Under the pieces are notes generated by a model. The model saw only the letters and a list, made by a program, of their open reading frames with translations, was not told where the DNA came from and searched no databases. From Chiloscyllium plagiosum (Eukaryota), in NCBI RefSeq assembly GCF_004010195.1, contig NC_057758.1, positions 9,868,031 through 9,932,030 of the forward strand: DNA of 64,000 nt. Direction: 5' to 3'. The position numbers and the translations under genes are program-made. Shown here in pieces: positions 13,700 through 27,197 of the stretch. Position 1 is the stretch's first letter, and each line of letters opens with the position of its first letter.

Positions 13700-14820
13700 G
13701 AATTCATGGGATGTGGGAGCTGCTGGCCAGCATTTATTGCCCATTTTGAGTTTCCCTTGAAAAGATGGGGGTTGAACCGTTGCAGTCCATATGTTGCAGG
13801 GGACACCCACAATGCTGTAAGGGAGAGAGTTCCTGGATTTTTGACCTGGTGACACTGAAGAAATGGTCAACATTTAAAGTCAGGATGGTGAGTGGCTTGG
13901 AGGGAAACTTGTCTTTTCTTTACACATAGAGTTGTGAGAGCATGGAATGCGTTGCCAGCGGTGGTGGTGGAAGCAGAGTCATTAGGGACGTTTAAGAGAC
14001 TGCTGGACATGCACATGGACAGCAGTGAATTGAGGGGTGCGTAGGTTTAGTTATTTTATTTTACATTAGGATTAATGCTCAGCACTGTTCTGTGCTGTAC
14101 TTTTTGATGTTCTACATTCTATAGTATAGGGGATGGTGTCTCCATTTATTTCCTGTCCTTCTCCTTCTAGATAGAAGTGTTTCATGGGTTTGGAAGGTGC
14201 TGCCTGAGGATCTTTGGTGAATTTCTGCAGTGCATCTTGTAAACAGTACGCACTGCTGCTACTGAGTGTCAGTGGGGGGAGGGAGGGAGTGGGTGTTTGT
14301 GGGTGTGGGGCCAATCCAGCGGGGGTGCTTTGTCCCTGGATGGTGTCGAGCTTCTTGAGTGTTGTTGGAGCTGCCCCCATCCAGGGGCAAGTGGGGAGTA
14401 TTCCCTCACCCTCCTGCCTTGTGCCTTGTAGATGGTGGGACAGGCTTTGGGGGGAGTCAGGAGGGGAGTTACTCGCTGCAGGATTCCCAGCCTCTGACCT
14501 GCTCTTATAGCCACTGTGTTTACATGGTGAGCCTAGTTCAGTTTCTAGTCAATGGTAACCCCAAGAGTGTTGATGGTGGAGGAATTCAATGATGGTAATT
14601 ACCTTGAGGTTAGATTCTGTCTTTTTAGAGATGATCATAGTCTGTTACTTGTGCGGTGTAAACGTTACTTGCCACTTGTCAGCTTGGACCTGGATATTGT
14701 CCAATTTTTGCTTCATTTGGACATGGACTGCTTCAGTATCTGAGGGGTTGCAAATTGTATTGAACACTGTGCAATCATCAGTGAGCATCCTCACTTCTGA
14801 GCTTGTGATGGAGGGAAGCC
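13700..14820 (-). mobile_element. Degenerate LINE fragments (same family as copy A, plus a CR1 3' piece)
   Basis: [14 protein letters not shown] and [12 protein letters not shown] on the minus strand. Confidence 0.7.
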
Positions 14821-15734
14821 TCTAATTCTGAACTTTTGAGCTTCTCGTAATTCCCATTGCTCCACTGTTGGTGGTCTTGCCTTCGCCTGCCTGGAGACCT
14901 GATCTCTGGAATTCCATCACGAATCCCTCTTGAATGATGCGTCGTGAAATCTACCCATTTGACTGAAGGTTTAGTCAGCTATCCCTGATATTTCCTTATG
15001 TGACTCGATGTTGAAGTATATCTGATTATACTCCTGTGATGCCCTTTGGATCATTTTACCACTTCCAGGTTGCTATATAAGTGCACGTTATTGTTACAAT
15101 GGGCTATTGTCCTTATTTTTGAAGGTTTAAAAGAATTTCAGAAACCCAGATCATTATTTTATAGGGAGAACTAGCTGACGTCAGGGGAGGATTGGATTTC
15201 GTTTTGGCTGGGCCTATCCCTTTGAAATAAGGAGTCTGTCCATCGCAGATGCCTTCCATAGTTGAAGAGGTGCACCTTTGAGCCAAGGGCGAATAGGTGG
15301 CCAGACGCCTGTTTTTGAGAAGAGGCGATGAGGTCCCAGAGAGATACACCATGGACTCACTGGTTCACAATAACTTGGTTATTTGGGTTGCGAGCTATGC
15401 AGTCTCAGGTCTCAGGTCTCTCGTAGTTGACTTAGTGTCAATGAATGAAGCAGATTCATTCATGGAGATGCTCCCATGTTGAAGTGAGTCAGAACTTTCA
15501 GCAGTCAGACCGCCCCAACAGTGACACATTAATGCATCCCATCCTGCCATTAACATGTAAATGAGGGGAGAGTGGGAAGGAGAGAGGTCTCTTTCTGCTT
15601 TATCTGATGCACCAAATCTCTCAAAAAACCATGTGATCTGTTTGACAACATGGGCTGGTATCGTACCAAGTAACTGAATGCCCGTGTTCCTGTGACACCA
15701 GGCTACATTCCAGCAATTCATAAATCAGAGTGTC

Positions 15735-16340
15735 AGTCATAGAGATGTACAGCATGGAAATAGACCCTTCGGTCAACCTGTCCATGCCGACCAGATATCC
15801 TAACCTAATCTAGTCCCATTTTCCAGCACTTGGCCTATATCCCTCTAAACCCATCCTGTTCATATACCCTTCCGGATGCCTTTTAAATGCTGTAATTGTA
15901 CCAGCCTCCACCACTTCCTCTGGCAGCTCATTCCATACACGCACCATCCTCCGCATGAAAAATTGCTCCTTTGGTCTCTTTTATATCTTCCTCCTCTCAC
16001 CCTAACCTATGCCCTCTAGTTCTGCACTCCCCCACTCCTGGGAAAAGTCCTTGTCTATTTATCCTACCCATGCCCTTCATGAATTTATAAACCTCTATTA
16101 GGTCACCTCTCAGCCTCTGATGCTTCAGGGAAAACAGCTCCAACCTGTTCAGCCTCTCTCCATACTGCAAATCCTCCAACCCTGACAACATCCTTGTAAA
16201 TCTTTTCTGAATCTTTTCAAGTTTCACAACGTCCTTCCGATAGGAGGGAGACCAGAATTGCATGTAATATTCCAAAAGTGGCCCAACCAATGTCTTGTAC
16301 ATGACCTCCCATAATCAATGCACTGACCAATAAAGGCAAG
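15735..16340 (-). mobile_element. CR1/HER1-like LINE 3' fragment
   Basis: [29 protein letters not shown]...[11 protein letters not shown]. Confidence 0.85.
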
Positions 16341-16665
16341 CATAGCAAATGGCTTCCTCACTCCTTCACTCTGCTCCACCCGGACAGACCCCTCACTCTG
16401 CTCTACCCAGAGAGACCCCTCACCCCCTTTCAGTGAGGGAGTTGCTGGGGTGGATGGGAGGTGGAGTGGGTATTAGGGTGCAGTGAAAGGTTTGAGCAGG
16501 TCTGGAGCTGAGAAGCAGAGCTCAGAGTGTACTTGATGAGTGGGGAGGAGGGTCGAGGCCAGGAGCCAGTGCAGAGTTCAGTGAGTGGGTAAGTGGCACA
16601 GCACATTGATGGAATATTCTTTCCTGAATTTGTTGTCCTTAGGACCCTGTGAGCAAAGTGTCACC

Positions 16666-16749
16666 ATGACTGATGTGATGATCAACAGCTGTAAAGCCTC
16701 TGCTGAAGAAATGGGTCTCAAACATGATGACAACAGGCTACCCTTCCAG
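16666..16749 (+). CDS. LBH-family protein (LBH-like/LBHD1 candidate), first secure coding exon (exon starts at 16643)
   Basis: ccttag|GA acceptor; Kozak-like gtcaccATGa; MTDVMINSCKASAEEMGLKHDDNRLPFQ|gtacag aligns to LBH MTEVMMN...GLSYQ. Confidence 0.88.
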
Positions 16750-17318
16750 GTACAGATATCCGGAACGGGGATGAGAACTACAGGGGCACTGACTGGGGAG
16801 TGGATGGGGACAGGGTGGGAGATGGAAAGTTGTGTGAGAGGCAGGTGGAGACAGGGAGTCTGTGTGCGTAATGATGGGGAGAGGTGGGAGATGGGGAGAC
16901 GATGAACTCCAAGAGCTTTTTCTCTGCCAATCTAGAAGCAATTTATTTTTATATAAATGTATAAATAACTTGTTGAATCCGTGCTTTTGAGTTCCTGAGA
17001 AATCAGAGAATTCTTGGCACAGAATCAACTGGATTGTTTGGGAAATGGTTGTCTGCCAAGTCAATGTGATTTACTGAGTTGCCTCCTCCTGTGCCCAATT
17101 CTCTAGTTTTCCGCTGCCATTAAATCTGTTAGTGACCGAGGTACCTTCTCATTCACACTGATTCTGCAGCTGTGACATACCTGACAAAGATTCATCTGAA
17201 TTCAGCCTCCCTCAAACCTGCTCTGCCATGCTATAGGGTAATGGCTGATCTGATTGCTCATCATTCCCATTCATGCTTGATTCATTCCCTTGTTAATCAG
17301 GAGTCTCTTTAGATCTGC

Positions 17319-18198
17319 TGTTATGATCCCAGCTGATGGTACAACTGGACAAGTCAGATCCCAGAATGAAATCTAGTCTGACAGGTCTTTTTGGAAATTT
17401 TAGTTATGTGGTGCTAGTCACTGAAACACAGTTACACAAGGCAACAACAAAACAGATCCTTATAGCACAAGCTTTGAAATGGAAAATAAATTTAAAAATC
17501 AGCTATCTAGATTTACCACACTAAGAAAAATCTCAAAACAAACAGCAGAACAGAATTTCAACCTATTGTTCAACACCATTACTTCATAGCAAGTCTATAG
17601 AAGTTCCATTTTGGTTTAAAAATCTTTAGCATTCATTTTAACTGATATTTCCCAGTTTGTGTCCTTGTGAACTGTGGTGGCATCTCATATAAACATACAA
17701 CACTGAAAGTTTAGGCTCCCTCAGCTTCTAATCATTGCAAATTCCTTTTCTACATATTGCACAAATTAAACATTTCTACTTTCTTGAAGGCTCTGAAAAT
17801 AATTTTCCAGAAAAACATATTTCTGCTTCTGACCCTGGTCAGGTCCCCTCTGAATAGCCCTAAAACTTTGTAAACTCTAAGCAAAGAAATCTCCAACTCA
17901 AAGTAAAACTGGAAGACAACATTTTCTGCCTTGAACGATAGATGTTTCCTCTAAGCTTAAAAGGCCGATGTTTATAAATTTCTAACAGACCTTAAAGCAT
18001 AATGGTTTACTTCAACCTTAAAGGATAATGGTTTACTTTACTAAGTCATAAGGTAAACAATGGCTACAGAAATACTCACAAGGTAGTTATTAACTTCAGT
18101 TGCACAGAAAGGCCACATGTCACTATTTCAAAATCCAAAAATCTACACGTGACACAAATGATATTAAAACACATATAAATCACATAAGCTACATCACA
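17319..18198. mobile_element. Possible solo LTR-like element
   Basis: Begins TGTTATGA, ends ...CATCACA; AT-rich and non-coding; no clear TSD. Confidence 0.3.
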
Positions 18199-20127
18199 AT
18201 ATAAATCTTGGCCTTGTTAAGTTGTAACCTGACCATCTTGTGCAGGTTTGACCCACCCTGAAATCTAAAGCTCTCCCTGCTGTACCATTTTCCTGGGCAC
18301 ATTTTCATTCTCTCAACCTTCCTATTTCTAGAGTCAACAACACATCATACTAGGAGCATTCCTGAGGTGACAGGTCCTGCTTTTTGACCTCCTGCCTCGC
18401 TCCTTATATTTGAATTTCAGGACCAACTCCCTCCGTTACTGACATCGTTGCTGTCAGAATGGACAAACTCCATGACATTCTTGATTCTGGCATCAGAGAG
18501 GAAACATACTTTGACAAGGGCCACAGAAATGCCTGTCTGCTCCCCTACCAAAAGGCCTTTCATCTGAGAGGGTGGGGAGACATTGTGAGAGAGGGTGGGG
18601 AGAGAGTGGGGGGGGTGGGNNNNNNNNNNNNNNNNNNNNNNNNNNNNNNNNNNNNNNNNNNNNNNNNNNNNNNNNNNNNNNNNNNNNNNNNNNNNNNNNN
18701 NNNNNNNNNNNNNNNNNNNNNNNNNNNNNNNNNNNNNNNNNNNNNNNNNNNNNNNNNNNNNNNNNNNNNNNNNNNNNNNNNNNNNNNNNNNNNNNNNNNN
18801 NNNNNNNNNNNNNNNNNNNNNNNNNNNNNNNNNNNNNNNNNNNNNNNNNNNNNNNNNNNNNNNNNNNNNNNNNNNNNNNNNNNNNNNNNNNNNNNNNNNN
18901 NNNNNNNNNNNNNNNNNNNNNNNNNNNNNNNNNNNNNNNNNNNNNNNNNNNNNNNNNNNNNNNNNNNNNNNNNNNNNNNNNNNNNNNNNNNNNNNNNNNN
19001 NNNNNNNNNNNNNNNNNNNNNNNNGTGAGGTGGGGAGAAAATGGGGGTAGGATGGGGAGAGAGTGAGGGGGGATGGTGGGAAGACTGAGGGGACTGGGAG
19101 AGAGTGGTGGGGGAGAGTGAGGGGGAGGGAGTGCTTGTCCAATTTACAGGTAAGTGAGGGTTGGCTGTTCCCACGCTGGACTGTTTCCAGACTGGTATGT
19201 TGCTTCTCTGTTCCACGGTTCAGATTTACTCTGGCTGAATGGAATGTCTTTTTTTTTAAGTGCCCTGCTATGACCTGTTAAACTCACTGGCTTGTAGTTG
19301 TTTGCTTTCTGTCTCCAGAGTCCAGGGAATTTTGGAAAAATTAAAACTAATGCTTCAACTACCATTTCTCACACCAGAGAATGAAGTCCGTGAGGCTATG
19401 GGGATTTGTCAGATTTCAGTTGTAATGATGTTCTCCCTCTCCCTGGTGGTGACTTTTCAAGTCCCTCACTCTCTTTCAGCCTATGATTCATAATTATTTC
19501 TGGAATGTTATTTGTATCCGTTACACAGAAAACACATGCAAGTTATCTGTCAAATTTATCTACTATTTCCTTACTTTAGATGATTTGTCTCCGGACACTG
19601 CCTCGAGAGGTCTAGCTTGGCAGTAGTTACATTTTTCCTTTTTGAACATTGGTAAATGCCTGTATTACTTGTTTATGTTTCTGGCAAACAATCTTTACCT
19701 GGAATTGTTCCTTCCTTATTAAGCTTTTGGTCTTTTTTTTGTGTCCGTTTACACTCTCCAATCTTCTGACCTGTCATTCAATTTTGTAGAATCATATGCT
19801 CCTGCTTTCAACTCCACCCAATCTTAACCTCCTCACTTAGAGAAAAACCACACAACACCAGGTTATAGTCCAACAAGTTTATTTGGAAGCACTAGCTTTC
19901 GGTACCCTGCTCCTTTGTCAGGTAGCTAGTATCACTGGCCTCCTCACTCAGCTTGTTCTATCACTAGAATCCTCCTTTCTCTGCATATATCTTTTCTGAG
20001 TAATCTGAAATATCTTTTTTAATGTCTGCCATTATATTTCTACCTTTTTCCCCTAAACTGGTTTTCCAGTTTAACTTTCCTCTCTTTGTGGCCTTTGTGG
20101 TCTCCAATCCAAACTTTTCTCACTCAA

Positions 20128-21565
20128 TCACTCCTGCATTGACTCCTGATGTACTCCCCAATCACTCCTGGATTCACACCTGATGTACTCCCCGATCACT
20201 CCTGGATTGACTCCTGATGTACTCCCCAATCACTCCTGGACTCACACCTGATATACTCCCCGATCACTCCTGGATTCACACCTGATGTACTCCCCGATCA
20301 CTCCTGGATTGACTCCTGATGTACTCCCCGATCACTCCTGGACTCACACCTGATGTACTCCCCGATCACTCCTGAATTCACACCTGATGTACTCCCCGAT
20401 CACTCCTGGATTGACTCCTGATGTACTCTCCGATCACTCCTGGACTCACACCTGATGTACTCCCCGATCACTCCTGGATTCAAATCTGATGTACTCCCCG
20501 ATCACTCCTGGATTCACACCTGATGTACTCCGCAATCACTCCTGGATTTACTCCTAATGTACTCCACGATCACTCCTGGATTGACTCCTGATGTAATCCT
20601 CAATCACTCCTGCATTCACTCCTGATGTAATCCTCAATCACACCTGATGTAATCCTCAATCACTGCTGATGGAATCCTCGATCACTACTGATGGAATCCT
20701 TGATCACTGCTGATGTAATCCTCAATCACTACTGATGGAATCCTCAATCACTGCTGATGTAATCCTCGATCACTGCTGATGTAATCCTCAATCACACCTG
20801 ATGTACTCCCCGATCACTCCTGAATTCACACCTGATGTAATCCTCGATCACTGCTGATGGAATCCTCGATCACTGCTGATGTAATCCTCAATCACACCTG
20901 ATGTAATCCTCGATCACTGCTGATGGAATCCTCGATCACTGCTGATGTAATCCTCAATCACACCTGATGTAATCCTTGATCACTGCTGATATAATCCTCG
21001 ATCACTGCTGATGTAATCCTCAATCACACCTGATGTAATCCTCGATCACTGCTGATGTAATCCTCAATCACACCTGATGTAATCCTCGACTACTGCTGAT
21101 GTAATCCTCGATCACTGCCGATGTAATCCTCAATCACACCTGATGTAATCCTCGACTACTGCTGATGTAATCCTCGATCACTGCTGATGTAATCCTCGAT
21201 CACTACTGATGTAATCCTCGACTACTGCTGATGTATTCCTCGATCACTGCTGATGGAATCCTCGATAACTGCTGATGTAATCCTCGATCACTGCTGATGT
21301 AATCCTCAATCATTGCTGATGTAATCCTCGACTACTGCTGATGTAATCCTCGATCACTCCTGATGTAATCCTCAATCACTGCTGATGTAATCTTCGATCA
21401 CTGCTGATGTAATCCTCGATCACTGCTGATGTAATCCTCGATCACTACTGATGTAATCCTCGATCACTGTTGATGTAATCCTCAATCACTGCTGATGGAA
21501 TCCCCGATCACTCCTGATGTACTCCTAGATTCACTCCTGATGTATTCCTTGATCACTCCTGGATT
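20128..21565. repeat. Compound minisatellite: 34-bp unit grading into a 22-bp unit (cactgctgatgtaatcctcgat)
   Basis: Directly visible tandem units inside the LBH-family intron. Confidence 0.9.
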
Positions 21566-23498
21566 CATTTCTGCCAATCCTGCGGGTGGGGGGGTTGTCA
21601 AATTCCTGTCCCATTCTCTTGGTGGAGGGGAAGGGCAGAGATTGTGGGTCCTTCTTTATCCCCTGGGGGGAAGGGGAGATGGAGGGAAGACTGTGGGTCT
21701 CTGTTCCACTCCCCAGGGGAGGGGGGTCCAGTATCAGCTCCAACCCCCTCCCCCATGGAAAGTCTATGGGTCCTGTCCACCCCTCCTCACTCCAAGGAGA
21801 GTCTATGGGACCTCCACCACCCTCCCCCCATGGAGAGTGTATGGGTCCTGTCCCTGCTTCCCCTCCCCCAGGAGAGACTGTGGGCCTTTTTCACATTTTA
21901 TATAAACATTGCGGTCAAAGGAGGAATAGGGCTGAATACAAACCAACTCCATTTAGATCAAAGCAAAATATTTCAACAAACTCCACTGGGCTTTTCAAAA
22001 AGCTGAACTGAGAGTGGAAGACTAGCCCTGAGTTACTATGGTAACTATATCTGCAACAACAGGACAATAAAGAGAAGTAGTTTGTTTTAACTGAGACTCC
22101 CCCATATCAGTGTTCAGTGCTCTACTGACCAAAACCTCATGATCTGCTCCTCAAAGTGACAACCCGATATTTAGGAACAATTTGTAAGAGAGTACTGAGT
22201 TTGGACTGATAAGAGAGAAGCTTTACCTGGAGACTGCTGTTTACCATCCTTCTCACATTTGCAGTTTTTTCCATTCTCTCACATTCTTTGTGGTTGCTCC
22301 CAGTGGCCTGCTGTGAGAAAGATACATTCCAGCTCGAACTTGTGCAACTCCTTGGCCTCATTCCAGCTTCAAATGTTCCTGTAAGTTCTCTTCAATTATC
22401 TGCCCTTTCAATATCACTGTGTGACCTCACTAATACGTTAACACGTTTATCGCAAGCATCTTGCATCTCACAGAGGCCTCCTCTCTCCCTCATTACACTT
22501 CAGGTATCTCCTGAGTTCCTCCTGAAGGAAGACACAATGATAGGGCTCCTGAGGGAGGGGCTCATGGGAGCAGGAACTACAAAGTGGTACCAAGAAGGGT
22601 CAGTACAAATGAGCTGTCAGATGACCCTTGGTTTAGGGTATCAGTCAATTTGTCTTTTGGGTCTTGCCATAGACGACGTGGGGTTGTCAGAGCTGTCAGT
22701 TTTGAACTTGGTGAATGGTTTTACAGACAATGCCCGTCCTGTGACTAAACCTCGCATTTTCTCAGGCAGTGGACCAAGCAGCAATATACATTTTCCTTGG
22801 ATAAGCACATGGATGATGATGGAATAGTGTAGAGGGAATGAGCTTAGATGAGTTCACAGGTCGGCGCAACATTGAGGACCGAAGGGCCTGTTCTGCGCTG
22901 TATTGTTCTATGTTCATTGATCTACGCTAGCACCTAGGCTCCTTCCTACTTTGGAGGTAAAGTTAACTGGGCCTTTGGGCTGCAAGCCAGTCCAGATCCA
23001 CTAAATCAAAATTCAGCATTTTAATAAAAAGACTAAGCATTAATAAAGTTATAACTGGCAAGTAATTCTTAATAATTCTAAGTTGCTCTCTCCTCTCTTT
23101 CTCCCATTTACCTCTCATCGTCTCCTCTCCCTTATCTCCAATCATCTCTTTCGTTTCCTCCCACACTCTCAAACTGTCTTCACATCTCCTTTCTTCTCCT
23201 ATACTGTCCCTCCCTCACTTTCTCTATCCATCTCTGCCTCCCATGTCTCTTTATGTCCCTTTCTCTCTCCCTCACTCTGTTTCCATGTCATTCTCTCCCA
23301 TCCTGACTCTCTATGTCCCTTTCTCTCTCTCCCCCAACATTATCTTTCCACGTCTCTCTCACCTTGACACTCCATGTCCCTGACTTTCTCTCTCTCCCCC
23401 ACACTGTCTTTTCATGTTGCTCTCTCTCCCACCCTGAGTCTCTATGTCCCTTTCTCCCTCTTCCTGTTTTGTCTCTCCAAATCCCACTCTCTCCCTAG

Positions 23499-23709
23499 AT
23501 CTTCCCTGATCCCTGTGATTCTTACGAAGGTCAGTGCAAACTCAAGGACCGCCTGCCATCCATTGTGGTGGAGCCGACTGATGTGAGTGAGGTGGAGAGC
23601 GGTGAGCTGCGCTGGCCCCCAGAGGAGTTTCTCATGGCAGAGCAGGGGGGTGAGGGAGAGGGTCTGGTCCCTCAGGCTGGGGAGCTGGCCCAGATTGATA
23701 CAGAACCAG
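23499..23709 (+). CDS. LBH-family protein, LBH-domain exon
   Basis: ccctag|ATC; IFPDPCDSYEGQCKLKDRLPSIVVEPTDVSEVESGELRWPPEEFL is close to the LBH core; donor CCAG|gtaagt. Confidence 0.95.
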
Positions 23710-24212
23710 GTAAGTTGGCAGAGGGAAGGAGGAAGGGAGTGATTGAGGGACAGAGTGAGATGAAGTATGGGGCATGGGAGGTTATTGAAGAGAATATTGG
23801 TGGGCTGGGCTGGGCTGGGCTGGGGAGAAATAGGTTTTAAGCTATCCAGGGATATGGGCGTCGCTGGTTTGACCAACATTCATTGCCTGCCCCTAGTTGC
23901 CCCTTGAGGAGGTGGGGGTGAGCTGCCTTCTGCTGCAGTCCATGTGCTGTAGGTTGACCCACAATGCCCAGAGGGAGGGAGTTCCAGGAATTTGACCCTG
24001 AAACACTGAAGGAACAGGGATATATTTCCAAGACAGAATGGTGAGTGGCTTATTGGAGGCAGGAACTAAATGTGGAAATATTGAATGAGGAGTGTGGGGA
24101 TTATTGGGAGCAACGTAAAGGGTACTTGTGGGTGTGATGAAGGGGTGTTTGGTGTGCAATGGGGGAGGGGTATTGTTGTATATAACTGACCTAATGCCCT
24201 GTTTTTGTGCAG

Positions 24213-24325
24213 TGTCACAGGAGATGAAGACCCAGAAGAATGTGGAGCCAGGACAGAGTCTGAGCTCCAACACCCAATTGTTCAGCTCTACACTCATCCA
24301 ACCTGGTCAGACTTTTACAAAATGA
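24213..24325 (+). CDS. LBH-family protein, probable last coding exon (alternative acceptor at 24221 would read to 24459)
   Basis: gtttttgtgcag|TG, phase 1, gives VSQEMKTQKN...QTFTK*; a second AG 8 nt downstream gives GDEDPEEC...AGL*. Confidence 0.55.
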
Positions 24326-25410
24326 ACTCAATTGGTGGTCTACTTGGTCGAACTTTGAAGAGTTTTTATACAGCACAGGCCTGTTCATCTGTAACAGGCA
24401 CCCACCCCCCCCCCGCCAAGCCACCCTCCCCCACCTTCTCCCCCAGAGCAGGACTCTGAAGTTTTTCCAGTTGAAGATAGCTCCTCCAGTTGCTGAGAGC
24501 AGTCCTCACAGCCTGACGTCCTTCACAAAGGATGAGATGAAGCTTCAATTTTGTATGTTGTTTTTAAGTTTGATTTTAATTCTCTGTAAAACTTGATCCT
24601 TGATTATCATCTTCCGGTGTGTCAGGATTAGTTACAGCATTTTAACCAGAAGAATCTTACTTTTGTTTTTATTAGTTACCTTTCTTGCTGTGCAGCCTGT
24701 GCACTGTGATCGACACGGAGTTAGAGCACTGTGGTTAGACAGTTTCCACCACCACTGCTTTCAGACTCAGCCTAGAAAACAAGCCTCACGCTTGAGGAGC
24801 TGCGAGCTCCACACACCATCTCTGAATCACATACCACCCCCAATTTCCCACAGAGTCCTCCTCATGGCTACCAACTCTCAAATGTGACAGTTACCAGGGC
24901 AGATTTCAGCAGTCATACTTGTGGCTGCTGTCTGTCACCCCTCCTCATTGTAACATCAATGGGTTTCCAAGGAGAAGGAAGCTCCGTATTCAGGATATCT
25001 CCACATGCCCTCATTCCCTTGCCCTCTGCTCCCAGTCTCTACCCTTCTTCTGCGCTCACCAGTAGACACTGCCAGACCTGCTGAGCACCACCAGCATTTT
25101 CTATTTTTATTTCAGATTTCCAACATCTGTAGAATTTTACATCAACACCATGTCTCCCAAACCTCAGAAATATTCACCAGTTGTTATTCCATTTGTTTCT
25201 GTTAAGTGAGGAAGGATCCTGAAAAGGGGTCATTATGTTGAAAAGAGAATGAAAATATTTTGATATCTCTGCTGCTCCAGCTGCACCCAGAGTTTGTATA
25301 TAGTTTTACCAGCGATTTCATTATCCTCACCCTTGCTTTCTCTTGTTCCACCCTCCCATCCCCTTGTCAACATTGTCATGTCACAGTTTTTGCTGTAAAG
25401 TTAATGATTT

Positions 25411-25416
25411 AATAAA
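25411..25416 (+). promoter_or_regulatory. Polyadenylation signal of the LBH-family gene
   Basis: AATAAA followed by a T/GT-rich tract, ~1.1 kb after the stop. Confidence 0.6.
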
Positions 25417-25972
25417 GTTTTTTTGTTGGTTTTTACTCAAAATTCTGTCTGAGCATTCCCCTCTCCCCACTGTACCATCTACATCCCACACTGCTGACTC
25501 CGTCTGGCCCAGCATTTATTGATTACCAAGCCCTAAACGGCCAAAGGGCAGTCACGTTGCTATGGGCCTGGAAATACATTCAGGACAGACCAGGTAAGGA
25601 CAGCAGATTTCCCTTTAAAGGGCATTAGCATCCGAAACAACAATTGATGATAATTTAATGATTAGTAGCATGACTAAGTCTAGCTTCTCATTTCATACTT
25701 TATGAATGGAACTCATGTTGCAGCAGCTGCTGTGGTACAATCTATCCAGTATGTCTACAGTACTAGCCTGACTGTCTGGGTTATTGGTCTAGCCCCAGTT
25801 CCATACAAGCTGACTGAAGCTCACTGAGCTTTGGTTATCAGCTGCCCAGAGCACATTCTCCACCATTCTCTTTTCAAGGAGCTGACTGAATATTGTCTGA
25901 TTCGCTGTCATCACCTGGGGAAAATTCTCAAAAGTGTTACTGCATCAGACAAGCTCATTATAAATCACCAAT

Positions 25973-25978
25973 TTTATT
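25973..25978 (-). promoter_or_regulatory. Candidate CSKMT polyadenylation signal
   Basis: AATAAA on the minus strand ~370 nt past the stop codon. Confidence 0.45.
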
Positions 25979-26348
25979 TAAAGCAAATTGAGGCTGTTTC
26001 GAGAGGTGTTCCTTTTTTTTCCTGCATGTTCACTCCCCTCCTGTTCTGTCACCACAGGCTTGGGGTGTGGGGTGCGGTGAAGACTTTAGAGATGAGATGT
26101 GAAGGGAGGGTGTCAGTGACAGCCCATCCCGGTCTATGCCCATTCACCAGTTATTTGACTGTAGAAGGCATCACTGTTTGTCAACACTATACAGGCACCT
26201 GGCAGGGAAGGGGTTGTCACAGCCTAGAAGAACAACAGGCTGGTTACCTCCAATCCTAGCTTCAGAGATCTGTCCTGGTCATAGGACGTGGAGTTGGAGC
26301 AGGACAGTTTCATTACAAAGAACAGAGACCTTGTGAGGTCAGAGGGAG

Positions 26349-26569
26349 TCAACGCCATGTACTCATCGAGGTTGGTTTGATAATGTAAGCAAAATAACCA
26401 GCATTTTTCTCAGTATCCACTTCGAGTGCAGTAACAGTCGCAAGACAGAGACTCTCCAACCAAACAATCCTTACATCAGGATCCTCGTCTGATATCTGCA
26501 GCATCGAACCACCAGGTCTCAACATTCCAAGTGACTGTGTCAGGGCACAGCGAGCTGCCTCACCACCAT
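26349..26569 (-). CDS. CSKMT: CSKMT last coding exon
   Basis: ttttgtacag|AT, phase 1 compatible; LRPGGSMLQISDEDPDVR...YFAYII match the CSKMT C-terminus; stop at 26349-26351. Confidence 0.92.
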
Positions 26570-26589
26570 CTGTACAAAAAAACATCCTG

Positions 26590-27050
26590 CAGTCAGAGAG
26601 TATTAGACAGGTGCTTCCCCTCCGTCCCAGCAGCATCAGAGAGTATTAAACAGGCGCTTCCCCCTCCCTCCCAGCACGATCAGAGAGTATTAGGCAGGCG
26701 CTCCCCCCTTCCTCCCAACAGAGGCAGAGTGTATTAGACAGGCACTTCCCCATCCCTCCCAGCAGGGGCAGAGTGTGTTAGACAGGTGCTCCCCCCTCTG
26801 TCCCAGCAAGGTCAGAGAGTATTAGATAGGCACTTCCCCTCTGTCCCAGCAGGGTCAGAGAGTACTAGACAGATGCTTTCCCCTACCTCCCAGTAGGGTC
26901 AGAGTGTACTGGACAGGTGCTCCCCCCATCCCTCCCAGCAGGGCTAGAGGGTACTAGACACATGCTCCCCCCTCCCTCCCAGCAGGGTCAGAGAGTACTA
27001 GACAGGCTAACCCCATCCCCGAAAGGGTCACAGAGTATTAGACAGCACCC
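26590..27050. repeat. ~42-bp minisatellite filling most of the CSKMT intron
   Basis: Repeated cagagagtattagacagg...ccctcccagcagggt. Confidence 0.85.
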
Positions 27051-27197
27051 CCAGTATGGTCAAGGAAGAACAACAAGCCCTCACAGCAGAATCAGGAAGT
27101 ACTGATGCCCACCACAGGTGGTGGTTGTGAAGGAACAGAGTCCTGTGAGCAATCTCACTGTTAGCCAGCTTTCCCATGCTCTGCAAGTGCAACTCAC

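Noticed and set aside
22137..22827. 179-aa and 74-aa ORFs in an LBH intron
   Set aside because: No recognisable motif, no ATG or splice support that fits a gene.
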